A stretch of DNA of 64,000 bases from Octopus vulgaris (taxonomy: Eukaryota), in the NCBI GenBank assembly GCA_951406725.2, contig OX597816.1:124682001-124746000 (forward strand), written 5' to 3'. Below are positions 25,081 through 38,620 of this stretch, piece after piece. A program made the translations under genes and the position numbers. The notes under the pieces were generated by a model. It made no database searches, was not told where the DNA came from, and saw only the letters and a program-made list of their open reading frames with translations. Within the stretch, counting starts at the first letter, position 1. Every line of letters starts with the position of its first letter.

Positions 25081-27646
25081 TAGAATGGTTATGTCTGCAT
25101 CTGCTCGTTCCAAATTTCCATTTCGTATTTTTGCTTTTTCATATACGATTTATTTGCAATTCGTTCAATAATATAAATTCCAGAATCCATCATAAATGTC
25201 CCTTAACCTTCATAAACTCATTTTCAGTATAAAGTAATGTTGGCACGTATTGTTTTCTCTTTAGACTCAGTAGAGCCAATTCGCTTGGTGTAGTCACTAC
25301 CTCTAGAATTTGCCGTTGAATTTATACATGTTCTGTGAATGTGTCTATACTTGCGTGTATACGTGTGTGTGTGTGTTAGGAAAGCATTCCTTTGCTCTAC
25401 TAAAATATTGCTTGTATCATTAATGATCTGATTTTGTGAGGCAATCTGTCGAGCATAGATATTTAGTCCATTATTGTTTTGCTCTATACCTTGTGTTGTG
25501 TATCATTGTACACAATAATTGCTCCTTGCTGTACAAGTTGGCTTGCAAGTATGGTTCACTATAACCACTACAAGCGTTGGTGCCTTGAAGGTTATTGCCA
25601 TCACGTTTGCAATATGATTTATAAATCGCATTGTTCCATTGAAGCTTGTTACGAGTTAAATTATACGTTGGCTTACATTTTTGTTATTGATAAAGCTGTA
25701 ATTTTAGCGTTATTGTATTATGTTTTCTGATTAAATTCATAAATTGATGTGAGAAAACTTGCGATGGTTTATGAGAATTTTGATAAAAAGCTAATATATC
25801 TTATAATTAATATATATTTAATTCGTATGGTATTACACTGTGCGCGATTTGTGCAATTCTGAAATCGCAGTTTTGCTACGTTGTCTCTCATTTTGTTCCC
25901 ATTTTCTTCAGAAGCTAGATCTATGATTTTTTTGTTTGTTTTTGAAAACCCGTTGTTGATTGGTGCTGTTTTGTTTTCTACGTACCATTAGAAATGGTTG
26001 TAAAAGGTGTTTCAAGAAAATATTTTATCACCGTATCAATGTATACTTACATAGCTTCCATGTAAATAAATGCGTATATTTGTTTATGGTGTAAACGAAT
26101 TAAATGTATCCCTTATTTATTCATCATAATAAGTTACGTCTAGAAATTGAGTCTTTGTGGTATCAAAAGTTTTGTTTGTATTGTTCTAGATTTGGTAGGA
26201 AATAAGGAATATTTTACAAGACAATCATATAATTTTGTCATATCATTAGGCATGAACACGAAGACAATTATATCATTCACATGCCAAGTTCCTTACCTAT
26301 TTGGGGTTGCATTGAAGAGCGTAACGTAACCCATTGCCGCTCCATAATTTTGCGCTTATAATTTATATTGTAATCAGCGAATATCTTCTGTTACACGGAG
26401 TATTAATTATTCCTTCTATATATATTAGTTTGTATCGCAGCTGGATTTATTGCTTAGCAATTTTATACTCAATTATTGTTTATATTGCTTATGAGCACCT
26501 TTATGGGAAAACGTATACTGCATATCATTGTTGTTAATTGTATGATATGGTTATGAAATTGTTTAAAGATCTTGAGTATTCATGCATCAATTTCACATAA
26601 TATGACTCGAGATTTCAGATAATATGACACTCGGGATAACAACGGAGATAGAAACTGGTTACAAACGTGAAAGCTGTAATCTTCTCCATTCCAGCAATGT
26701 CCTTATGTAAAGTATTTCATTTCACCTTTCTGCTGCCAACTCAGCTGACAGTGTGTACCAAACGAATACTGGTACAACATTCTGTCTGTCTGTTCATCCC
26801 TTCCCCCTTCATTTCTCTCTCTCATTCTTCAGAGGTCACATCTTGGATGTGTCTCTTGGTCAAAAGTTCAGGAAAGATGACAGTGTCAGCATTGCTCACG
26901 ATTACATAGGCACCTAAAGCAATTAGCGATCGCATGGTGTACTCATTCCAGTGTGACGAGTTTGTATATGTGTGTGTGGAGGAAGTGGTTGTGTGTTTAA
27001 TTTTGCTCAGTTTCTTGATTTACTTATAAGGTTGTGTCCATACAGGTATACGACCTTTAGTAATTTCAGGCAATGAATTTCGCTTCATTTCTCAATTTAG
27101 TCTGGAATATATTTCATCGACACAAATTATGGGACATAAATGAACGAAACATAAACAATATTATTTTCTGTAGCAAGTGAAAAATTAACACATTTACGAG
27201 ACGTCTACACATAATCACTTAGCTATTTGCCACTAGAAACTACAACAGAAGTCAGTTGACAAAAGTTCTGAGCAGTGAGACCGCACATGAGCGACTTAGT
27301 TTTAAATACATCTCTTTAAAACACAGCTAGTTTAGCAATTATACATCTATTATACATAACTTCTATGATATCATATCTAGAAATATTGAACAAAAGAAAA
27401 TCTAATAAGTAAATTCAAAAACCGTAATTAATGCGACTTTTTTTTAATAATGGTCTGAGCTGAAAAGGGATCATCATCAAGTTGTGTGTTTGGAATAAAT
27501 ATGTAAATAATAAAATAGAAAAGGAACAAAATTCGTTACAGTTGGAAGGTTATTGTAAATATTTCGTTTACAGAATAGCTTAATTGCAAGTGCTTGTTCT
27601 CATGTTCACACAGTTTGTTTTAATACGGTAGTAACATCCTTAGTAA

Positions 27647-27960
27647 AGGTGCATGACTCAGTGATTAGAGCGTCGGGCTCGCATTCATGAGGTTGTGAGT
27701 TTGATTTACAGACCGGGCTGCGTGCTGTGTTCTTGAGCAAGACACTTTATTTCACGTTATTCCAGTTCACTCAGCTATAGAAATGAATTGCCTTTGCCTT
27801 TCCCTTGAATAACATCGGTGGCGTGAAGTGGGGAGGCTGGTATGCATGGGCGACTGCTGGTCTTCCGTAAAACAACCTTTACCGGACTTGTACCTCGGAG
27901 GGAAACTTTTTAGAAGTAATCCCATGGTTATTCATAGCCGAAGGTGGTCTTTACCCTTTA
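27647..27960 (+). mobile_element. tRNA-derived SINE (distinct family)
   Basis: tgactcagtgattagagcgtcggg..gagtttgattt head, then gtgttcttgagcaagacactttatttcac..ccagttcactcagct central domain, ending tttacccttta. Confidence 0.8.
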
Positions 27961-28562
27961 ACATCTCTTCTGCTTTTATTTTGATACCAAGTGCCATATG
28001 ATTTACACTGAATTTTGCTTGACCTGAGTAAGCCAATGATTCTTCAATTTACTGGAACCATCAGGTGATGTAAGGAAATGTAATACCGCTTCATTTGGAA
28101 ATTTCCGTGTTATTGAGCTGGTAGGGGATGAATCTCTCACCAATTCACTATCGTGTACGCAAAATATTCTTTATGTCTATATAAAGCTGAAAGGCAGGCA
28201 CCTACTTCTAGTTATTACATAAAATTGCTAAAATTTTAAGTAACAGGAATCGAAACATTGTCATGTAGGGAAATTTAATGAATAGATTCGAAAGCTATAA
28301 TCAATGCTTTTGATTGGAATGAATATGTAGGTTATAGAACAGGAAGGAAAAGAAATATGTTTAAATGAATATAAATCAATGTAAGGAAACTTTCAACGGA
28401 GCCATTTGGATAGTCATGGGAACACACCTACATAAGCACACGCGTGCATTTGTGTACACATAAACAGTCATGGTACTCACTCATAATATGTGCATATGTA
28501 TGTGGTGCCTGTGTGCGCGCGTGTGCTTGAATACAAATACGTACATGTATATGCGCGCACAC

Positions 28563-28611
<49 letters not shown>

Positions 28612-30021
28612 GAAATACACGATACCTTTCCGATTATATTCGAGAAAGCAGTCACCGACTACTAAACCACTAGAACTGCGACAGTGATTCTTTAATACCA
28701 TTAATCTCATACAAGTCTCTTGCTTAACTGCACGAAGTTGCATTTATAAGCACAAATACCCGCCTATACATTTGTGTTACGTGTATGTATTTGTGTATCA
28801 ACATTCTTAAATCAAAGATCAAAGAGACCAGAAACACAAGAACGACTATATATGCTTTAGACATAATGCAGAGCACATAATTTATTTTTCAGATTATTTT
28901 TTGAACAAAGAAACTCTACTATTGCTAGTTCGTAGCTATTTCCTATAAATACCGGGTCTTCTTAAATGCGGGATGAAAAAATTCATAAATGCTGTAATAT
29001 GTTCTAGAACTTTATGCACATTGATCGAAGAGCCTGTTACTCTAGAGTTTCCTTGAGTGTGGTCTGATTCTCAGTTGGGAAAAATGTGGGCGATATGTAC
29101 GTACTCCTCCCATAAAAATGGATAGATGAGGACACAGAAATTAACTGAATTCAAAGTTAACTTTTAACTGGGTTTCGTAGAGAATACTGGAAGAAGAAAA
29201 GGATGGTCAAACAAATGAACACTCCTACATGCATACGTACAGGCACACATACATAAGTGTGTTAGGCTGGTGTAAAGAGAAAAATAATCAATAAGCTTAA
29301 CACTTACATATATACATGGTCACAAGCGTACACAATCACATACAAGCTCACACATATATGAAAACGCCTATGCAAAAGCAGAGATAAGCTGCTAGCTAGC
29401 AGATGAGGCACGAAATGGTGGGAGAAAACGTTGTAAGTGAATGTGCAAGGAAATTACCAAAGTCAGCATACACACGTCTGCTATACAGTAGAATGAAGAA
29501 AGATAAAGAAGCAAAAAGTGAAATGGAGTGTGAAAAGGAAAAGAAGGAGAGAAACTGAGGGGAAGAGTGAGAGGAAGGCAATGATTTGAGCATTAATCGC
29601 AGTTTATCCCTCTCGTATACACTGACATACGTATGCACATACACACACGCATACAAAAGAACTTGTTTCTCACTAATCTTTCAAATGCTATTCATCGAGT
29701 GGAAGAGCAAGACGCAGCATACATAATACTCAGAATTATCAAAACTTACCTAAATATTTAGTGCACCAAAGTAAGAAGACACAAATTGAAATTCAAAGAC
29801 ACGGCACCCGTTACAGAACACAAGGTTTCATTAAGAGTGTTTATTATAATGCATATATTGTAACAGTATCTTCTTCTTTGGACGAGGACATGTTGTCGGA
29901 GGTGTAGAAAAGCTATTTCAGTGGTATGATGGCATTACCTTATGGTACACTATAGCTTAAAATACTTCACAGTCAGTTAATAGTAAATAATTTGATATGG
30001 TATATAATAATATAGAATGTA

Positions 30022-31491
30022 CTAGGTTGAGTTAAAAAGTTCATAGGATGACTATGAAGGAGTAATGCTCGAGCTGTGAAATATTACATGCATTAATTGC
30101 GACTCCTCTTGCAAGGCGGCGAGCTGGCGGAATCGTTAAAACTCCGGACAAAATTCTGAGCAATATTTCGTCTGTCTTCATGTTGTGAGTCCAAATACTG
30201 TTGGTGTCGACTATGCCTTTTCTCATTTTGATGTCGATAAAATGAGTACATTGGGTCAACTTATCCCCTCCTCCAAACTTATTCGCCTTGTACCAAAATT
30301 TGAAACCTTTATTTTCAACAACTTATTAATAACTACGTTTTCTCTTTCCAGGGAAGGTCACATCTGACTTTTCAAAGAAGACTTCAAAATAACAAGTTGC
30401 GACTTGTTTTGAAAACGGACAAAATTTTACACCGCTGTATTATACCTGCATAAAAATGATCTAGCCTCCAAGGACATTCATTCCGACAGGGTTGCTTCAT
30501 TAGAAGGTCACGCTCTGGTTTATCAAGAGTGAAACATTGGGCAGCTGGATTTAGAAGATAAAGTTAAAGTCCTGATGATGACCCAAGTTCTGGAGGTCCT
30601 GCAACTGCCTCCACCGAGGAAAACATTGATTGTGTTTACCTCATGGCAATGGATGATTGGCGACTGACTATAAATCGAAGAGCCAATGCTATCAGTATAT
30701 TCCCTGAGAGAGTTAATAGTATTCTTCTTAATGAACTTGACATAGCGAAGTTTTCTGCTCAGTGTGTGCTACGTCTTCTGACACCTGATCAAAAATGCAC
30801 ATCACATCACGGTAAAATTCAGCTGGTTGCCTAGAACATTTTCTAACACAGAATTAGTGTTGAATTCATCACTTTGAGAATGAGACAAAGAGACAATCTA
30901 TGCAGTGGAAATACCCTATCTCGCCTACTCCAAAGAAGGCCAAGGTCGTTTCACCCACAGGGAAGGTGATGACCTCAGTTTGTTGGGATGCAAGGCATTG
31001 TGTTTATTGACTATCTTCAAAAGAGTCCAACCATTAATGGAGAGTACTCTACCAAATTGCTGAGGCAGTTACGAAAGGTTATCGAGACTAAATGGCCAGA
31101 AAAATTGATGAAAGGTGTATTGTCTGATTAAGACAATGTTTCAGCACACAAGTTCTTGATTTCAATGACTGCTGTGCATGACTGTGATTTTGAATTGGTT
31201 GATCACTGTCCCTAATCTCCTTATTTGGTTGTATCTCATTAACATCTGCCCCTAACTTTAAAATCCCTTAGATGAGATCAAGTATGGCAGTGATTATGAC
31301 GTCATATGTGCTATTGACTACTTTTTTTAACCAAAAGGATGAAAGCTTCTTCACCAATGGGATCAAAGACTATAACACCGATGGAAGAAATGTGTGGATT
31401 GCAAAGGGGAATTTCGTAAGGAATAAACCTAATTTGGTCACATTCCATGAGAGTATATTCGTCAGCCTATGAACATTTCGGCCTATCCTCG
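30022..31491 (+). mobile_element. Decayed full-length mariner with TIRs and TA TSD
   Basis: Left TA|ctaggttgagttaaaaagttcataggatgac versus right gtcagcctatgaacatttcggcctatcctcg|TA. Transposase remnants DDPSSGGP, KFSAQCVLRLLTPDQK, ETKRQSMQWK, GKVMTSVCWDA. Confidence 0.9.
30113..30308 (+). mobile_element. SINE nested in the mariner 5' UTR
   Basis: aaggcggcgagctggcggaatcgtt head and gtcgactatgcctttt..gtcgataaaatgagtac core. Same family as 10784. Confidence 0.85.
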
Positions 31492-31527
31492 TATATGTTA
31501 CAAAACTATTGTAATAGTAGTAATATT

Positions 31528-31573
31528 AATGATGATACAAATGATGATGAGGATGATGATAATGATGATGATA

Positions 31574-31662
<89 letters not shown>

Positions 31663-31720
31663 AACGCATGTAGTAGTAGCAGTAGTAGTAGTAATAGTAA
31701 TAGTAGTAGTAGTAGTTATT
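31528..31720. repeat. (GAT)n + (TAG)n microsatellites
   Basis: Direct reading. Confidence 0.95.
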
Positions 31721-31899
31721 GTTGTTACTGTGAGCTAATCCCACAACATTCATCTAGATGCTGAATGTAAATACCAAAGACGAAAATCTTCATACAGCAT
31801 GTGAATTATGGTATAAAACCATGATTCAGACTGCAAAACTTTGTAATCAGACACACACCAGACATGAAAATTTTACTAGCGTACGGCATATAATATATT

Positions 31900-32400
31900 T
31901 TCAATATTGACAAAGTAAATGCAAATTATAAAATCAAAACAGAAGCCCAAAATTAAACATCCAGTAAAATTGTTCACCTGTTATTGCTCAACTCATGGGG
32001 AATTCTTCGTCAGTGTCTGTTCACAGGGTCGAGCATATGGAGGTGTCTGTTGATGGCGCTTTGAGAAGGACCAGATTCTGCCGACAATGTTCGAGTGATT
32101 ATGCTTCAACGCCTCAGCTTTCCCAGCAGAGAATTTCCCTGACCTTCGTTTGCTTTGGAGGCTGCAGCCACCTTCCTTGAAACATCGGAACCAGATTTGT
32201 GCCGCATTTTCGTTGATAGTTCCTGGGCCTTGCATATCGTTAAGTTCTTTTACTGCTGCTCTTGCGCTCAGTCCGTTTTTCCGCAGGTAGCTTATGGTGT
32301 CTCAAATTGGAGTTTTTCCATTACTCGTTATCAAAGCAGTAAAATAAAGAATACACAATTAATTCTGATTTTTATATATGAAAATAAAGAATAAACATGT
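31900..32400 (-). mobile_element. Mariner 5' fragment (HTH region)
   Basis: GPGTINENAAQIWFRCFKEGGCSLQSKRRSGK matches mariner N-terminal GxxTVSERTAQxWFxRFxxGDxSLEDxxRSGRP. Confidence 0.75.
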
Positions 32401-32431
32401 CTGTAACGATTGAACAAGTTATATCAGATTA

Positions 32432-32525
32432 ATAGTATAACATGGAGATGCAGTAGTATAACATGGAGATGCAATAGTATAACATGGAGATGCAATAGTA
32501 TAACATGGTATAACATGGAGATGCA
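32432..32525. repeat. 21-bp minisatellite (atagtataacatggagatgca), about 4 copies
   Basis: Direct reading. The copies are contiguous with no spacers. Confidence 0.9.
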
Positions 32526-34161
32526 CTTGGTCAACAAATATCGATGAAATCTTTAAAAACCTGGTATGTGAAATTATTACAGAAGTTATTACATCCTGTT
32601 CCGCTCGGGTTTTATTAATTATCGTTTTGCTAGTAGAGAAAACGCCTTTACAGTCGGATGATACAACTAGTAAAAACTCCTTTACTGTCGGATGATAGAA
32701 CACTAACAGAATGTACTGTCGGGGTCGTCGAGATGATTATATCCGCGTTATTGTTTGGTGAATATCCGGTAACATTCGACAACAGAAGGTTAACGCAGTC
32801 TGAATGTTATATGATATCCACACAGGTAGCATATATATACTTGGTGACACTAATTAATCCGCTCTCTCATCATAATAGATGTGTTGAGGTCAATTTTGGA
32901 TTGCTCAGTATTGCATTTGCATTAAAATCAATGAGAAAACCTGTACATTTCGCATGATTACACACTTATTGCGTGACCCGAAACATTTCCATGTTTTATA
33001 GACATTATATTTCGTTTTTTATGCAAATAATTATAGCATTATTACATTGTTCCATTATGTTACAATTTCCGATTATGTTTCTGAATTGGTTCTATAATTA
33101 CGGTATATTTTCAATGTTGCTCCGTAGTTAATTTTCTTACAAACCCTAAAACTGGAACATGTATCGTGACAATTAGAATGGCATTATGTATTTGTAAAAC
33201 ACTGCTCGATAATTTTGTAATACTCTTCATACTTCAATATGTAAAATAGTTTGTAATCTGTGTCATAGCTATTTAAAACACCGCCCCCCCCCCAACTTAT
33301 GTAGTCATTCAGCGTTACACATATCATCCAGTAGATGAAACTCACTAGTTATAGAGTCGCATCAAATATTTCTGTGCTTTGGAAGTGGTTGCTAATGGTG
33401 GATTCCTACTTTCCTTGAGAAAGGGAGATTCATTTCGTTACATAATGGATGTATGATTTCGGAGCACAAACTACAATGTTGTTGCTGACATGGGAACACC
33501 ACTTGAATCACACTATTGTATTTTGTCGATTAAAGAGCTTATGTAATTTGCAGTCGAATGAGAAATGTTCTGAAATCAATAGAAAAACAATTTAGGAAAC
33601 ACGAGATTGAAATATTGAGTCTAAAGGCAAATTAAAATTTTGAGGTACATTATACAAAAACAAAAAAAGGAAACACAAGTGTACAGCATTAAGATACAGC
33701 ATACATAATTCTCACAGGGTAATTGTCGATCCCACTAGAGAAACAATTTAATGAGACACTATAATAGATTAATAGAACGAACAGAAAAAAAACAATAAAC
33801 TAAAATAAACAAATCCTCCCCACATAATCAATAATGACTCCAACAGAATGACAATACCAAGAATCCGGATATAATAACGATTCAACGATTAGATACAATA
33901 CAACCGATAGATTGACTAAATACACGCAACTACATGACAATAATGGATTCTACAATGTGCCAAGATATTTATCAACGGATCAACGATACGATAAATATAA
34001 ACTGACGAACATACCAGCGTCAATATATATATATATATACAAGTTTGAAATACTTGCACACACATACACACATGCGCACACATATATAAACGTTTACATA
34101 CGTACGTACATGCACACAGACCTGCAATATACATACACACATACACACACGCACAGACATA

Positions 34162-34381
34162 AACGTGGCGGGATGAAAAGTTCCTGGCTTTGGGTAAACG
34201 AAAATTCAGGAGGATCAGTGAATTATCATGTTATGAAACATATTCCCCTCTCCGGTTCACATAATTAATGCAGCGGTCCTTCAGTTTTTCTAAGCCATGT
34301 AAAAGAACTTGGAAGGCTGGGCCATCAACCTGGACTTTCATGATACCCTTAAACCTAGGAACACTTCAGCACTCACTCGTG
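34162..34381. mobile_element. Mariner-derived MITE (~220 bp)
   Basis: acgtggcgggatgaaaagttcctggcttt versus aaacctaggaacacttcagcactcactcgt form decayed mariner-type TIRs. Confidence 0.7.
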
Positions 34382-34775
34382 ACAGATTTATTTGCAAAAT
34401 GTGGATAATATATCCTGTTCATGCTATTATATTAACATTATTCTGCGTTTGAGTATAAATTATTTACTTATCTGTATCTTACAATAAATATCAACGCTTT
34501 TAAAGCAAACTTTAGTTTAATTTTACGTTAGCTAGATTTATGAATCCTAAAATTTCAGATCAATTTGGCACTGGGCATTTTAGCTTAATGGTAAAACACT
34601 TGACGCGTAATGACAAGAATGTGAGTTCGTAGCCCATATCTGGCCGTTGACAGATTATTTTAAAGGATAATTTATCCTGTTCACGCAATTTTATTAGCAT
34701 TTTTCTGCGTTTGAGAATAAATTATTTCCTAATCATTATCTCTCAATACATCTCAACGCTTCTAAAGTAAACTTT
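34381..34775 (+). mobile_element. tRNA-like head between two ~130-bp diverged direct repeats
   Basis: Repeats at 34381-34513 and 34649-34775. tRNA-like 34573-34645 with TAGCTTAATGG A box and GAGTTCGTAGCC B box. (TA)n follows. Confidence 0.7.
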
Positions 34776-34819
<44 letters not shown>

Positions 34820-35150
34820 GAAAAGAGGGCAAGATAGAAAATGCTATGTTTATCATGAAATACATTTTGTAATGTTTAGTACCGGTTTGTGTCTTTCGAC
34901 TTTTTCAACTGAGAGTAAAACAAAGGTGGATATTAATAAAGAAGAAAAATCACTTAAATTGAAGGAAAATATAAATGAGATGTTGTGTAAATATTTCCAT
35001 CGGCTTCAAGTAGGTAGAACATTGTCCTTTTCTCTGTCTATCTATGTCTCTTTTGCTTTCTCTCTCTCTCTCTCTCACTCTCTTCCTTTGTGATGGTCTG
35101 TAAGATTGGTAGTAGCAGATCTGAAAGGTTGTGGATATATATATATATAT

Positions 35151-35446
35151 ACAAGTAAAATAGAACCACTTTTTTGGAATTCATCTTTGAAAGATATTCC
35201 TATACCATCTGGAAAGGAATATATTTTAAAGCTTATTAATAATATTAAATCATCGGTATATTTTTTATCTTATATTTAATATTTCTAATTTATGTAATTT
35301 TCTAGATGGTGTAATTTAATTTTTCATTTTGAATTGATAAAAGGTGTTTTTTTCTAATTTATATATATATTATATTTTGTGAAATGTGATTTAGTATTTC
35401 TAAATTGAATTTTTCCCTGTAATTTTGGAATAATATTCCCTCAAAT

Positions 35447-35450
<4 letters not shown>
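35151..35450 (+). mobile_element. Non-autonomous PLE-derived element with internal inverted repeat
   Basis: Flanked by (TA)n. Encodes SKIEPLFWNSSLKDIPIPSGKEYILKLIN (PLE RT N-terminus-like). Its 3' end is shared with 59637-59708. Confidence 0.6.
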
Positions 35451-35511
<61 letters not shown>

Positions 35512-35979
35512 CTGAAATGAATTTACAGGCATGTCCGTAGTGAATTCTAGTCGCTGTCTCTTGCAGATTTGACTGAAGGGTGTCATGCACCTTTGGCGCT
35601 CAATTTGAAATCATGATATCAAATTAACTGACAACTTTCCTGCATTCTTGGCGGAGGTAAGGTGCAATTCTTCTTCACTAATATTTTTTCCTATCATGCC
35701 TGCATTAATTTAGTAATTCTCCCGTGGCTTAGAAGTATTTTGACTTCTATTTTTAGCAAAGTAGGTGCTTATGTTGTACACTAGTAAAAATGAATATATC
35801 TATATATATATCATAATTAATTATTAAATTGTCTATACAGCTTTTACACTCGCGGCCACTAACGCCGCATCATAATTTTGAAATATCTATAAAACCGTCA
35901 AAAGCTTTGATGTTTTTTAATTTATTATTCGTCTTGCTTAATATGTTTTGCTAAAATTGCTGTTTCTTTGCATATATCA

Positions 35980-37037
35980 TCAGAAAATCACAAATCTATC
36001 GGACTTTCAAAGAAGACAAATTGTTGGTGCTCGTATGGCAGGCACTAGCGCAACAAAAACAGCCGAAATGATTGCTGTATCAAGATGTACTGTCCCGAAA
36101 GTAATGACAGCCTTTGAGAAAGAGAGAAAAACCTTCTCGTCGAAAAAAACACACCGGAAGAAAACCAAAACTTTCAAATAGGGACCGTCTGACTCTTACG
36201 AGAATTGTTAGAAAGGATCACAAGATTACGACAGAGCTTAATGACCACTTCGAGAACCCAGTTTCTACAAAAACTGCTCCTGGGAGCTGCAGAAAGCCGG
36301 ATGTCATGGAAGGTCTGCAATTAGAAAAACCACTGCTTTCAAAAACAAACGTTGCAAAGCGTTAAGAGTGGAGTAAAAACCTACAGAATTGGTCCTAGAG
36401 TAGTGGAAGAATGTTATTTTCTCGGACGAGAAATCCTTTACCTTATTTTCGACCACCGGCTGAGTATACGTGTATAGACAGCCAAAAGAAGCATTTGACC
36501 CAGACTGCCTTCTTCGAACTCTTAAACATGGAGGAGGATCTGTGACGGTCTGCGGGGGGCTATATCTTGGACATCCGACGTTCCAATGGCTTGCTTGCAT
36601 GTCAGAATTAATAGTCAAGTCTATTTAAGCATTTTATCTGATCAAATTCATCCTGTTGTTGCGGAACCGTTTCCCGAGGGAAACACAATCTTTCAGGATA
36701 CTAATGTACCAATTCACACAGCTAAAGAAACATTCTAGTAATGTTGAATATCTTACCTGGCCACCACAGACCTCAGATCTTAATATTACTGAACATTAAT
36801 GGTTCATTTTAGAAAAACAAGCAAGAAGTCGATATCCTCCACGAACATCCCTACAAGAACTGGAGAATGTTTTAGCTGAAGAATGGACAAAAATTCCATT
36901 GGAAATAATTCAAACTTTGTACGAGTCCATACTTCGTAGAATTCAAGCTGTAATTACTGCCAAAGGCAATCCCACCCCATATTAAAAGAAATTTGTTTGA
37001 AATTTTAAGGTGTTTCCATTATTTTGCCCAACCTCTC
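35980..37037 (+). mobile_element. Decayed Tc1 (DD34E-type) transposon
   Basis: LSDFQRRQIVGARMAG, VIFSDEKSF, KHGGGSV, FQDTNVPIHT, WPPQTSDLNITEH. Right TIR-like ggtgtttccattattttgcccaac. Confidence 0.9.
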
Positions 37038-37042
37038 TCTAT

Positions 37043-37286
37043 ATATAAGTAAATGTATGGGTAAGCGAATTAGACAGATCAATATATAATGTATATTAAA
37101 TACATGAAATACAAAAAATGTATATATGTATGCATATAAAACTTCCGATTTACACAGAATACAAATGATATAGAGAATTAAAGGGTGGAGGAATGTCGGA
37201 CCTTTTTTATATGTATACGTATATAGTATTAAGTGTACTTAATATATTGATATGTCTAATTTGCTTATCTGTACATTTACTCATAT
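37043..37286. repeat. ~45-bp imperfect inverted repeat with ~155-bp spacer
   Basis: atataagtaaatgtatgggtaagcgaattagacagatcaatatat versus atatattgatatgtctaatttgcttatctgtacatttactcatat. Confidence 0.8.
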
Positions 37287-37379
37287 ATCTGCTCAAGTTT
37301 AAATCTCTTGAGCACTACAACGTGTATTCTATAGGGCTAATATCTGAATCCCATCTATGAACTATACCCACACTCACAC

Positions 37380-37418
<39 letters not shown>

Positions 37419-38200
37419 TGTGTGTGTGCGCGCGCGCTCCATGTAAATATATGTCTGATGCCTACCTACCTTTATCTACCTTATTATTTTCCATAATAGC
37501 TCTATGTGGATTGTTCTTATCGCCGACTGGTGTTGCAGAGACGGCAGCCCTGGGTGAAGATGCTGGAGTTTACGTTACTATCCATTTCAGCAGAACTCTG
37601 TCTTATCCATATGAAGCTTATCTTGCTTTCACCTACTCGTTGAATTATTGTGTGTGTGTGCGTGTGTGGGGGAAATGTGGTGGGTGCGCACGCGCGTAGA
37701 AACAAACGAATCTATGTATAGCATTTACAATACTGTCGATTAGTGGAGTTCCATTCGCCACTAGCATATCGTGGGGTGTGATCTCACAATCAGACATTTT
37801 GCGCAGCGTTTTTTCTTTCTTTTTTCGTGGATCCATGTCGACCCATGCACTACAAGAGATGTGTGGTTGACGAAATCTGTATAGCACCCGGCTGACTGGA
37901 TAACGACTTTTATTCACAAGATATAAAACCTTATAACACAGTGTGACACGCTGTTTCTGCCTGAAAATTAAGTTACGGTTCCACGAGTCAGTGGCATTGT
38001 TAATCACCCATTCATTCAGGAGCAGGTAATTCCGTTGATCTAACAAATAAATCCTCTTCATTTAACGGCGGATATCCATGATCATCACGCTACTCATCTA
38101 CATATATGCGCATATATATATATATATATATACATATATATACATACATATGTGTGTGTGCGCACGCGCGTGTAGATGTGTGTTTTTGCTTGTTCGTGTA

Positions 38201-38396
38201 TAACAGGTTACTGTCAGAAGAAAAGTAGAAAGTTGTTTATTAACAACGTATAACTGTCAGTAAAAATATAATAAATGAAAATAGAAATCTGTGGTTTGTA
38301 TCTACCGACAGTGTTCTATTTTAATTAAATAATTTTTATTGACAGTTATATTTTATTAATAATCACAGTTTCATTTTTTCTGACAGTTACTTATTA
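38201..38396. mobile_element. MITE-like foldback element
   Basis: taacaggttactgtcagaag..tataactgtcagtaaaaat mirrored by atttttattgacagttata..ttctgacagttacttatta. Confidence 0.7.
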
Positions 38397-38558
38397 ATTT
38401 CTTAATATATTATTCTGTAGACAACGATAACTTTTCATACCTACGCACAAATACATACATACATACATACATATATACATACATACATATACATACTTAC
38501 ACATATATATACATAATACACACACATATATATATACATACATGCACATACCTGTACG

Positions 38559-38620
<62 letters not shown>
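38559..38620. repeat. (TATC)n tract, 5' flank of the LINE
   Basis: Direct reading. The tract resumes at 41139-41184 after the LINE. Confidence 0.95.

Noticed and set aside
32432-32525. 21-bp repeats that could be mistaken for a CRISPR array
   Set aside because: Contiguous tandem copies without unique spacers, in a eukaryotic context with no cas genes.
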